Positions 14,028-27,301 of a DNA stretch of 64,000 bases are shown in pieces. The DNA lies in the NCBI GenBank assembly GCA_964016885.1, contig OZ024742.1, forward strand, positions 249,860,001 to 249,924,000, given 5' to 3'. The notes under the pieces are model-generated. The model was not told the origin of the DNA and did no database searches. It saw only the letters and a program-made list of their open reading frames with translations. The translations under genes and the position numbers were made by a program. The number at the start of each line of letters is the position of its first letter. The first letter of the stretch is position 1. This stretch comes from Eledone cirrhosa. Taxonomy: Eukaryota.

Positions 14028-15307
14028 GCTTACGTTATTATGCATTAGACCCTCGGAATTGTGTATTTTTCGCGGTGCACTGTTATAAAATAAACAATTT
14101 GAGGAAATTTTCCTTGCATCTCTCTAAATTTGTTAAGGCAAAGTGCCAAATGCTAGGTTACCCCACCAGCCGCTTTCTCCCCCTTTCTCTAAAATACTGA
14201 AATAACAGTAGTTAACCCTATACACCTATACACTGTAACATGTTACCTCTACACCACCTCTGCCCACAATTCCCCCACTTTTCCACCCACTCCACACAAT
14301 CAATGGAAATTACTAAGCGGACATATTAGACTTAACAAACAAGAATATTTGACGTCATACCAGTAATTACCAGCTGTTTTATTATGTTTTTGTTGTTTTA
14401 AAAAAGAAAGAGCTCTTCATTCCATACAAGACTGTTTAACATAATTACTGGCTTGCTTACTGCACTGTACAGTATACAGTAGATCTAGTTCCTCATTCTC
14501 TTGTGATGGTGGTGGAAGTTGGCGGAAGAGGGAAGTAAGATGGCTGTGGTAGAGGAGGGGGTTGATAGTGATGGTTGTGGTGGTGGGGAGCTGGCGACGG
14601 TTTTCAAGGTGAAGGGGTGATGATGGAGATGTTGAGACTGGTGAAGTTTGTGGTACTAGTTGTGGTTGTGAGCTAATGGTGAAGACAAAGGGATAGGAGG
14701 AGGAAGGAGGAGGGGACGAGGAAGATGTGGAGGAGGAAGAGGGGAAGAAGTAGGAGGGAGGGAGACAGAGAATGGTGAGAAGATGGTGAAGTGAAAGGGG
14801 AAGAGAGATATGTTAATAAGGATGATAAAGTTAACAACAGCAACAACAACAACATGTACAAAAACAATAACATGTACAGCAGCAGCAGCACCAACAATGG
14901 TATCGATAACTAATGAGGGAGCTTCTACGTAGTCACTAGATTTGCTGGAAATAGCAGTCACACACCCCTCAAATTATATCCCTACTATTTCAGCTTATGG
15001 CATGTTCTTTCCACATCAGGAAAAGACTGTCTGGTCACGGAGGGAATGTTAGATCAGGACTAAATCTGAGCTAATTGTCAACAACAATAACAATAACAAG
15101 CACATGGCAACAAGGCAATACACTTGGAAAGAATTACGCAATCGATTACATCGACTGCAGTATTTAATTTCATCGATCCCGAAGAATTAAAGGTTAACTA
15201 CGACAAGATTTAGACTAAGAAGATAAATGGCAGCATTTAAACACTGCAATGAAATGTGTGGTGTTCTAACGATCCTTCCAATCTATCACTATTATTAAAT
15301 ATAATAA

Positions 15308-15494
15308 GGGCGGTCGATTGTTTGATCGGTAGAGCGTCAGACAACATGCTTTGCAGCAAAGAGTTATGGCCCTTTGCGTTCTGAGATCAAATCCTGCCGA
15401 GGTTAACTTTGCATTTCATCCTTGCAGGGTCGATAAAATAAAATACCAGTAATGCACCTGGATAATTGCTGGCCTTATGACCAAATCAGAAACA
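15308..15494 (+). mobile_element. tRNA-derived SINE with 17-bp TSD
   Basis: Family head, body and tail; TSD ATTATTAAATATAATAA at 15291-15307 and 15495-15511. Confidence 0.88.
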
Positions 15495-15512
15495 ATTATT
15501 AAATATAATAAT

Positions 15513-15699
15513 TGTTTATACTTTTGGCACAAAGCCAGCAATGACCCAGTGCATTACTGGTACTTTATTTCATCGACACCGTGAGGATGAAAGGCAAAGT
15601 TAACCTCGGCGGGATTTGAACTCAGAATGGCAAGGGACGTAACTCTATGCGTCAAAGCATGGCGTCCGACCCTCTACCGATACTGCCAATCCACCACCC
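15513..15699 (-). mobile_element. tRNA-derived SINE with 12-bp TSD, tail-to-tail with the previous copy
   Basis: Family sequence on -; TSD AAATATAATAAT at 15501-15512 and 15700-15711. Confidence 0.88.
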
Positions 15700-16382
15700 A
15701 AATATAATAATATTTGACAGAGTCACGAGACTTTTTAAGCCATCAAGTAAAACCCTGCATGAATGAATGGTGTGGGGAATGAGTATAAAATTCCGAGTAT
15801 AAAAGGTATGAAAAGGATGTGGTAGCAGATGCTTAAGTAAGTGGTAGATAGAGACAATACCTCTGTAGCGAGACATGATAGTACTATTTTATCGGTGTGG
15901 CGTAATTTGGTCGTGCTTGGTCAGTCGCCAGCCCTGTAGGTTTGGTGACGTATGAATACAAATGACTATTTCCATCCAGCAGTAGAACGCGCCTTTTTTA
16001 AAAACTAGCTAGTAGTTGCGTTTTGGACGCTGGTAGTGCAACAGCTTGTAACTAGCTTACCCACTATTTTTTTCTCTCTCTAACATTGGGAGTAGTTCGT
16101 TAGACGGCCTTTCAGGGATTTACCATTTATCCGTCAACTTTGTTTTACCAAATATTTTAATCCCTTACGGATGCAACTTTATTATCCTTCCTACGACCAA
16201 ATTTGATAGTGACAGTAATTAAGGATAAATTAGTGCCTGTCTGACTACGTTTTTAGCCTATTAAAAAAAAGACATTCATTTCACGGAGAACATCTCCACG
16301 GAGAAAACCTTGCTACATACACTTTGTTCACGTGTTCAAACCAATAAAATAAATTATTTTTGTATACGCCTTCTGATATATA

Positions 16383-16421
<39 letters not shown>

Positions 16422-16435
16422 ATATATATATATAT

Positions 16436-17431
16436 ATGTAAGTATGCATGTATACGTACATACATACATGTATACAGACGTACAGTAGTATGTATATATA
16501 TATACATACATGCACACATATATATATATATATATGTACGTATGGGTTTACCGAACATTTATTATAATGCTCGGTTTGTTTGTAAACAAACAGCCCGAAT
16601 TACGCCGTACAGTGTTCAGGCAACCATCGTCAACTTTTTGTTCAACACTACAGTTTCAAGTTCATTAGCTATCGTCAGCATCGTATACCTTTCTGTCAGA
16701 TGGTTGAACGTCTGAAAGTATATACTTTCCTTATGCATATTAACGGCTGAGCAGCCTAATTTGCATATAGAGTGAGTTAGTAGGTACGGCGTAATTCGGG
16801 CTGTTTGTTTACAAACAAACCGAGTATTATAATAATTGTTCGGTAAACCCATACGTACATATATATATGTGTGCATGTATGTATATATATATACATACTA
16901 CTGTACGTCTGTATACATATATGTATGTACGTATACATACATATTTACATTTAAGTACCAGCCGTACTAAGAGTGAGAAATGAAATTTCGTTTCATTCTT
17001 TTCCATTTATCATTTTCGGTGCGTCCGGCCGACTAACTCACTCGATATGCAAATTAGGCTGCTCAGCCGTTAATATGCATACGGAAAGTATATACTTTCA
17101 GACGTTCAACCATCTAACAGAAAGGTATACGATGCTGACTATAGCTAATAAACTTGAAACTAGTACATCGTTTCTGTGTTAGTGTTGAACAAAAAGGTGA
17201 CGATGGTTGCCTGAACACTGTACGGTGTAATTCGGGCTGTTTGTTTACAAACAAACGGAGCATTATAATAAATGTTCGGTAAACCCATACGTACATATAT
17301 ATATATATATGTGCATGTATGTATATATATATACATACTACTGTACGTCTCTATACATATATGTATGTACGTATACATACTTACATTTAAGTACCAGCCG
17401 TACTAAGAATGAGAAATGAAATTTCGTTTCA
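16436..17431 (+). mobile_element. Small hammerhead-containing element (~436-bp monomer, terminal direct repeat, inverted 5' block)
   Basis: Direct repeat 16784-16995 / 17220-17431; 16436-16781 is the reverse complement of ~17032-17385; hammerhead at 17130-17170. Confidence 0.7.
17130..17170 (+). ncRNA. Type I minimal hammerhead ribozyme motif (this copy G8>U)
   Basis: CGATG CTGACTA stem II GAAA CTAG TA CATCG; the inverted copy retains CTGACGA. Confidence 0.6.
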
Positions 17432-17434
17432 ACT

Positions 17435-17516
<82 letters not shown>

Positions 17517-18088
17517 CATATATATATGTATATACACATATATATATCAGAAGGGGTATATACAAATAATTTATATTTATATATATCTACATCTTCCCAA
17601 AGTGTCACTCTTGCTAAAAATTGATAATAGCTAGTAAACCTCTAAGCAACACTTTTCCTCAATTCCTCTCCGTTTTAAAGAGTCATCTAATAAATTTTCA
17701 ACGGAACACCATCTCTTTTACATATTTGTTACATTTTTTTATTATATTTATTTCTATTTATTTATTTATTCATTATTATTTTATTGCTTTTTGTGATTTG
17801 CTATTTCAGGATCCGCCTTATAGTCTGAACAGTTTATTTGATATATACAAAATATATGACAATCTTTACCACATTGGATTCCTCCCGAATTATTCCTTTC
17901 AATAATATTCCACCATTGAAATTTGAAATTTCTCTTCCGAAACCCACGTTCCTCTAGTTTGAAAATCACTGCTCGACAGGGCAGTGCAGGAATTGGGACA
18001 ATCTGTTAAAGAGAGTAACTAAATTTCCATTAAATCACTGTCAAGAGTCTTTGAAAAATGATATTTCCTACTACATGAGAGAATGTAG

Positions 18089-18129
<41 letters not shown>

Positions 18130-18176
18130 AAAAAAAGATGTTATCGAAAATGCAACTGGGGTCTTATTTTTAAAAA

Positions 18177-18352
18177 TATATATATTTATTTGGTTCCTTT
18201 ACCGGTTTCGCAGTTCTTCTGCTTTTCAAAAGTAGAGTTGAGATGTAGGGTCTGTGCTTTTTCTCACATCAGATGTGAGAAAAACCACAGACCCTCCATC
18301 TCAACTCTACTTTTGAAAAGCAGAAGAACTGCGAAACCGGTAAAGGAACCAA

Positions 18353-18365
<13 letters not shown>
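18177..18365. repeat. Palindrome (1-nt spacer at 18271) carrying a hammerhead-like motif in each arm
   Basis: ~94-bp arms; CTT TTGAAAA GCAG-AAGAA-CTGC GAAA CCGG TA AAG at 18310-18345, mirrored at 18197-18232. Confidence 0.8.
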
Positions 18366-18383
<18 letters not shown>

Positions 18384-18503
18384 ATAAAGTATGTGTTTCT
18401 ACGTGTAAAAAACACATAGGGATATAAGTAAAGATACATATAGTAAGTACAGCGAACTTTTTAAAATTTATTTTAAAATCTTTCTCTATTTGCTAAACCT
18501 TGA

Positions 18504-18588
<85 letters not shown>

Positions 18589-18638
18589 GAATGGAAAACG
18601 AAAAATCAGTGATACATCGGAACTCAATTTATTATGTA

Positions 18639-19579
18639 CTAGCATTAAAGCCCTGCGTTGCTCGGTGTCAGTAAGTTACCAAAGTTAGGTTGCACCAGCC
18701 ATTTTATGGCACCACTTTTTTGTCTGCCGGGTACTGGGTGAATGAATTGCAGACCTGGACTGCCGAAGGAAGAGCTGCGCCAGCAGTGACAATTGTAGTT
18801 TCGCCTATGGATATTATCTCTGTGCAAAGAAGTGTTGAAATTTATTGTTTCACAGTACTTGCGCAACACACGCGTAGACGATGCCAGCCGAACAACAGAG
18901 CTGCGATGGAGTTGTTCTGCATGGCTGTCTAATGAGTGTTTTCTAAATTTAAGACAGTAGGGAGATATGTGGGAGAGTTAGCTGCTGTTTATAGCGAATT
19001 TAAGATATGTGGGAGAGTTAGCTGCTGTTTATAACAAGTTTAATGACCTCATAGAGGATATTATTTTGTATAGTAAATAAACTTATACTTCTTTCTTCCA
19101 CGTTCGTTGAGAGATGTTTTAAAAAAGATTTATCGGTATTTTTTTTGTTGTTGTTGAATAAATATATATGTTGCTTTTGAATAATTGTTGTTTCGTATGA
19201 AATGTAATAAGTTCTCTTTGTCATTGAAGTAAATAAAGGTTTGACCGGTCCACACTCAAAAACAAACGTTCTCTCTCTCTCTTTCTCTCTCTCTTCTTTC
19301 TTCGGCGTTCCTAAAGGAAGTTTGTAAGTTTAAGCGTATATAAGAGAAAGTTGCAGCATGTATATAATTTTATCGAATTTTAAGGGGAGTAGAGAGATAG
19401 AATCAGATTGTATTAGAGGGGTAAACGTCATGTATTTAGTTTTATCGTTTATTTCCGTAATAATGGATGAGTTAGAAAGAAATACATAGTCGTTGACCTT
19501 AGTTAGACGATTTACAACATTCTTACAGACCTTGAGTCCAATCGGTTTGAAATTTTGCAAATGTATAAACATGGAACAT

Positions 19580-19627
<48 letters not shown>

Positions 19628-19683
19628 ACACACACAACAACAACAACAACAGCAACAACAACAACAATCTGCTTTTTTATAGA
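18639..19683 (-). mobile_element. Non-autonomous Helitron
   Basis: Minus strand starts A|TCTATAAAAA and ends in hairpin CCGAGCAACGCAGG...CTAG|T. Confidence 0.55.
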
Positions 19684-19686
19684 TAA

Positions 19687-20478
19687 CTAGCAGATGTACC
19701 CCGCGTTGCTCGGGAAATGAATAACAGCCTGTTTGTCCGTATAAAGAGAGCCAAATGTTGAGCAAAAAATTGAAATGTAATTGTAAAAAAAAGTTTAACA
19801 AAATGGGTGTACAGTGACATGAGGGAGTGAAATAAACGGCAACATAAAAACAATTCATGGGGTAGCTTGAGTTAATTGACATGAATGATTTCAGGTCCGG
19901 CCTTGCTGTAGTAGGTATGAGTAAGGGGATAAAGATGGAATTGACGCACCGTATGTCCTTCAGTAGACTAAGCCCTATGCGTAAGATGGCGCTGCCACTA
20001 CCACGTTGACCATCCACTGGACAGAAATATCATTCCTTGAAGCAACTATTCGCCCTCAACGCCTGAATACACGATGAGAATGAGCAAAAAGGTTAAGTTA
20101 ATCAAAACGAAGACACTGTTGCCGAGAATGCGGCTGCACGATTTTCAGAGGCCATAGCGAGTCAAACTGCTAGGTACACACTTAGCCAATGAGAGTTCGC
20201 CTTAATAGCACGTGCCAAATAGGCCTAGTACTTCAAAAGTTCAAAGGAGCCTAGTATTTGTACACAGACAGATAGACACACAAAATCGATTTTTCGGCCC
20301 CAATATCGATTTTTTCAAATTTGTTTTTGTCCGAAACCTGCTCTGGCACATAAGCAATACGTGTGCCAAATTTGGTTGTAAACGGCCTAGTACTTCAAAA
20401 GTGAAAAGGAGCCTAGTATTTGTACACAGACAGACAGACACACACACACACAGACCGACTTGCTTTTATATATATAGA
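19687..20478 (-). mobile_element. Non-autonomous Helitron
   Basis: Minus strand A|TCTATATATATAAAAGC ... CCCGAGCAACGCGGGG-TACATCTG-CTAG|T; inserted between A and T with no TSD; internal duplicated block ~20210-20270 / ~20360-20440. Confidence 0.7.
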
Positions 20479-20891
20479 TTACAATTGTTTCCACGGCGAA
20501 AGAGGATTAGCTCCAAAATCAATAGACGTGTCTGAGGAACCTGCGAATCCAGAGCCAGGTCGATCCACACACAAATCGCACCTCAAACTGTTCGCCGGGG
20601 AAACAATTGTAATACATAATAAATTGAGTTCCGAAGCATCACTGATTTTTCGTTTTCCGTTCTATCATACTCTTCTCCGTAGGAGCATAGAGTGCTCAAC
20701 CGGCATACCGCGTATGGACGCATCCTAGTTTCCATAAGACATATATATATATATATATATGTGTGTAGTGGGGGGGGGGGTCTGTGTGTATGTATGTATG
20801 TAAAAGCTAAACAGAAATAACAACACAATCGGTACAGTATATGGAAGAAATATATAAATATATATGCATAAACATATATAAATACGTAATG

Positions 20892-20941
<50 letters not shown>

Positions 20942-21290
20942 CGTGTGTGTGTGTGTTCGTGTGTGTGTTCCTGTGCGTGCGGGTGTACGTATATATAGGT
21001 ATATATGTATATAAATAAATATCAGATATTGAGTTAGGAACTCAAAATAGTCTCATACAATTGAATAGCTCAAAGAAACAAGTTTTTCCGAGCCGTGTAA
21101 TATAATTGAATTACAAGGGAGATAAACACAAATATAAACACATATGTGTTCGGATTGTAAGGGACCAAGTTCACTAGGGGGAAAAAAATACTAAGTATAA
21201 CAAAATGGTTTGCCAGACTTAATTTAAAGTAATAAATCAAGAAAAAGAACCTATGTTTGTTCTTCTTTTTCTTGATATATATATATATAC

Positions 21291-21389
<99 letters not shown>

Positions 21390-21512
21390 CGTGTGTGTGC
21401 GTGTGTGTGTGCGTGTGTGTATGTACGTATGCATACACACACATAATTTATTATATGAATTGGGTGCTTCTTTTGGTGCAACCATCAGTAATTCACTGAA
21501 TCACCTACACAC

Positions 21513-21587
<75 letters not shown>

Positions 21588-21869
21588 TATTCCATATATT
21601 TTCGTACTGAAAATATTTAACCTACAGTTACTGTATTTCTTTTTCTTTTACGTAAGAAGCCTGTTATAGTTTCAGTTGTTATTCATATTACAACGGTATG
21701 TTACTGTTCTTACAATTGACGTTCTTGTTGTTGCTATTAAAGTTAGGTCTGTAGTTCTTGTTGCTATTGATGTTGCTGTTGTTATTGCTGTTAGTACTAA
21801 CACCGTTAGTACTAACCGTGTTCTGATTGGTTTCATTGCTGGTTGATACGCCCTGTATGATACCTTGCC

Positions 21870-22044
<175 letters not shown>

Positions 22045-23265
22045 TGCACATATATATTTGAGCGTATGGGCATGCGTGCGTTACTTTGTGTGTGTAAGTG
22101 TGTGTGTCTGTGTCTCTGCGTACACACATTCATACATACACACACACATATACAAACAAACATACATACATACATACATACATACATACATACATACATA
22201 CATACATACATACATACATACATACACACACATACATATACACACACACATACATACACACATACATACATACATACATACATACATACATACATACATA
22301 CATACATACATACATACATACATACATACATACATACATACATACATACATACAAATAATAATGTTAAAAATAGAGACGGCGATACATGCATGTTTTTTT
22401 CCTTTTGAACTCAACTTGTTTACAACTCGTCGCCATATTGTATGCACATACAAATGTATTTCTGTTCTGGTCCTCGCCATCAAACCGACAGCCAATTATC
22501 TAATACGATGGCTTGGACTTTAAAGAATGTCTTCCTTGCGAAAATATTTTACTGTTTTCACGCATGCGCAGTTTTCATTCGTATTGTCTTGTCTTGTGTT
22601 TAGGAATGTTATTTTCTTTTTTGGTATATATTTATTTATATATACTTTTTTTTTAATCTTTAGTTACATGTATTCACATACACGTACATACACATACATA
22701 CACATACATACACATACATGCACACAAACATATAAACATACATGCATACACATACTGCTATAGCAATTGTATATCGATGCCTATAGTATGTATGCATATA
22801 TGTGTTTGTATATGTATGTATGTATGTATATATGTGTGTATATAAATATATATATATAAATATATTTGTGTATGTATGTAAAATGTGTACAAGCATATAT
22901 GTATACAATTATATATATATTTGTATATATGTGTGTGTGTATGTGTGTGTATGTATGTATGAGTGTGTGTACATAATATGCGTATGTATATGGGTGTATT
23001 TATTTATGTATGTATATATGTATGTATATATGTATGTAGAAAAGGAGAGAGGGGGTCAATACTGCGTGCGTGAGTTTGTGTGAGTGAGTGAAAGAGAGAG
23101 TAAGAAAGAGAGGAAAAGAGAGAATATATGTGTGTGTTTCTCTGTGAGTGTTATTGTTCGTATATTTGTATATATTCTAAATAATTTACAATTATATGTA
23201 AAAGCAGAAATAAAAAGAAAACTATATTACTCACACGTACCATCACATATATACATACACTCCGT

Positions 23266-23346
<81 letters not shown>

Positions 23347-23357
23347 GCTCTTGTTAT

Positions 23358-23406
<49 letters not shown>

Positions 23407-23640
23407 GTCGGCTCTTGTTATAACACTTTTCATTACACCAAGTTTCATATTGTGTATTTGAACTAACCTATATTCACTCATATATATATATATATATATA
23501 CATATATGTGTGTGGGTATCGATCCTCGAGCAGATCGACAGTGAAACATATGTAATATGTATTTAAATATCTATATGATGTAACACTGATTCTTTGTTCC
23601 CTTATATATCAATACTATATATATGTATATATATATATAT

Positions 23641-23709
<69 letters not shown>

Positions 23710-24126
23710 TAGAGGGAGAGATACGACACCACAAACATATATACACACCCACATACACACTCTTGTACATAATGGCTAATAAACTGAAAGCACCAAATGA
23801 AAAATTACATTCAATAGAATTTATATTTATTTGTTTGTTATTTTCTCTATATTTTATTTTTATTTATGTTGTATTTTCCTTTTTTTCTCTTATTTATTTT
23901 CTATTTTGTTTTATTATTATTGTTTTCGTGTTTCGATTTTTTCTTTCGTTCTAAGAAAACATTCCAAAATCTTTTCCGACAATTAGTACCACACAACGTG
24001 TAATTCCAACACACTTGTAGAAAAACGGTAAATTAGTTAATGTATATTATTGGTATGTATGTATCTATGTTCGTATGTAAACATACATACATACTAACGC
24101 TAACGGACAGACATATACACATCACA

Positions 24127-24210
<84 letters not shown>

Positions 24211-24226
24211 CATACATATATATGTA

Positions 24227-24290
<64 letters not shown>

Positions 24291-24334
24291 GAGGTTATAT
24301 TTAATTTGTTGGGATTCAACAAGCTTATACATTC

Positions 24335-24367
<33 letters not shown>

Positions 24368-24420
24368 GGTATGTATATATATATGTATGTATGTGTATAT
24401 TTATATATATATATATATAT

Positions 24421-24489
<69 letters not shown>

Positions 24490-24786
24490 GTATGTATGTA
24501 AGAGAAGTGAAATGCCATTGTGTGAGTGGAGATGCAATCAACTCTGTCTGATGTGTTTTTGCCCTTTTTCTCTTTCTCTCTCTTTCTCTTAACAAAAACT
24601 ACTAACGTGATGTGGATGTGTTGACAGATTGTAGATTTACTACGTTTTACAACATAATATACTGTATTATATCATGTCTTGACGGGATGGATACAACAAG
24701 GCGCCGTTTTACAAAACCACAAATTACTTTACTATAAGGTGTAACATTGTAATTTACTGTCAGAAGATGAAAGTCTGGCGTTATTG

Positions 24787-24987
24787 AATGCACTGGGTAA
24801 TTGCTGGCCTTGTGCCTAAAGTAGAAACAGTTATTGTATATCCAATTTCCAGCATAGTTACGTCCCTTTACTATCTGAGTTCAAATCCCGCCGAGGTTGA
24901 CTTTGCCTTTCATCCTTACGGGGTCGATAAAATAAAGTACCAGTAATGCACTGGGTAATTGCTGGCCTTGTGCCTAAAGTAGAAACA
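24787..24987 (+). mobile_element. Two 5'-truncated SINE copies in tandem
   Basis: SINE tail plus flank (60 bp) repeated at 24787-24846 and 24945-25004. Confidence 0.8.
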
Positions 24988-25232
24988 GTTATTGTATATC
25001 CAATATGGTTGTGTAACGTGGACTAATATTCTTTTATTTTTTCAGTCTTTAGACTGGAGCCATACTAAAGCACCCCCTCGAAGAGATTTAACTAATAAGA
25101 TCGATCCTGGGACGTTTTTTTTTTATTTCGCATCTTTGGTACTTATTCTATCGATCTCTGTTCGTCATACTGCCCAGTTATGAGACATAAACAGAGATCA
25201 GGCACAAAAGTAAACATACATATACACACACA

Positions 25233-25354
<122 letters not shown>

Positions 25355-25520
25355 TTATATATGGTTGCATTCTTTAAGGGTAAGTCAATATTTATTTATA
25401 AAACTGATCTATATTATATTTTATCTGATGAAAGCACACCATAATTTAACTTGGTGTCCTTGAAATATGTATAATGAAATAAATATGGTTTTATAAATAT
25501 AGTTTCCATTTGTTAATATC

Positions 25521-25551
<31 letters not shown>

Positions 25552-25561
25552 CGCATATATA

Positions 25562-25792
<231 letters not shown>

Positions 25793-25835
25793 TGCCTCCT
25801 CGTTATCGAATATGGCGATTGCACGATATAACATT

Positions 25836-25998
25836 TAGAAGGTCGGACTCCATGCTTTCCAGCATAGTTACGTCCCTTTACGGTCTGAGTTCAAATCCCG
25901 CCAAGGTTAACTTTGCCTTTCATCCTTATGGCGTAGATAAAATAAAGTACCAGTAATGCACTGAGTAATTGCTGGCATTGTGCCAAAAGTAGAAACAA
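25836..25998 (+). mobile_element. tRNA-derived SINE
   Basis: B box GAGTTCAAATCC, family body, tail TTGTGCCAAAAGTAGAAACA followed by ATTATT. Confidence 0.85.
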
Positions 25999-26820
25999 TT
26001 ATTAATAATTATCAATTAATTCTATCGTGCAATTCCTGTGCGTGAACATTTTTTTTTAAGTCAGGAAAGAGTGGGCACTGAGCCAATCCCACTCTCTGAG
26101 CGACAGTAGTTATATCCCAAAAAGAGCCGCAGGTTTTATCGGAGTTATCTTAGTTTCCTGAGTTGCTTAATCCTAGTAGAATGCCCTGACAAAAGGTTCC
26201 TTCAATGCTAGTGGATTAACCGCGCGATGGGGTATCCAGCCTGACTATTTCTATGTCCCCGCGCATATACATATACATGCATACATGTATATACATATTT
26301 ACACATTGTTGGATGGCCGTTAACTCTTATAAGTACTTCCGCCATTTGTCAGGGTTTTTTTTTTATCCTGCAGAGTGTTCAAAATCACCTTCCTCACCAA
26401 GTAAACTTGGTGGGTCTGCATGTTTAGTCGCCGACGACCCGGCCAAGCGAGAGGTCGTACTGGGTTACGTGTTACCACTAGCACCCAAGAGTGACCCGAC
26501 ATTATATATATATATATATATATATACATTTATATATATAGTGTCTGCAGATCTATCGATTCCAAGTTAGGGCTGATCACAATCGATCAAACTTTGAGCT
26601 AACTGACCGCGAAAAGATATAATCATGTTATACTGATACATCAAAATGCTTCACCGCATTTCCACAATTCCGTCAACCAGATTTCTTTCACAAAACATTG
26701 CTCAACGTGAGGTCCTAGTAGAAGCTTGTCCCAGGCACTACACTAGGGAACTGAATCTGAATTGAACTTCTTATTAACGGTGTCATGTCTTTCTCAAATA
26801 CAATATATTATATGTTGATT

Positions 26821-26990
26821 TGGCATGGACATACGGCCCTTTAGGTTCTGTGATCAAATCCCGCCGATGTTAGCTTTGCCTTTAATCCTTACATGGTCGA
26901 TTGAATAAAGTACCAGTAACGTAGTGGGGTCGATTTAATCGAATATCCCCTCACCCAAAATTCTTGGCCTTGTGCCTAAATCAGAAACCA
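26821..26990 (+). mobile_element. SINE, longer-tail variant
   Basis: Family body plus GGGGTCGATTTAATCGA...CCCC segment; ends CCTTGTGCCTAAATCAGAAACCATTAT. Confidence 0.75.
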
Positions 26991-27224
26991 TTATATCTCG
27001 GCTTTTTATTGAAATTTTGTCGACGGTAAAACTGTGCCTGTGTGTCTGTGTTTATATGCCAGTGTTTAGGTTTAGTCTTTGTTGATAGCCCTTAACCTAT
27101 CAAACGAGGAAAAGAGGTCGATCTCGATATTTTACCTGACTTGAAAAATACGCACTGGGGTCGATATGATTGACTGTATCCATTCAGTGTCGGTAACATA
27201 GCAAGGCCGCAGTCTCATGTCTGT

Positions 27225-27260
<36 letters not shown>

Positions 27261-27261
27261 A

Positions 27262-27299
<38 letters not shown>
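27225..27299 (+). repeat. (TAC)n(TAA)n microsatellite, left flank of the retroelement stack
   Basis: Direct reading. Confidence 0.95.
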
Positions 27300-27301
<2 letters not shown>

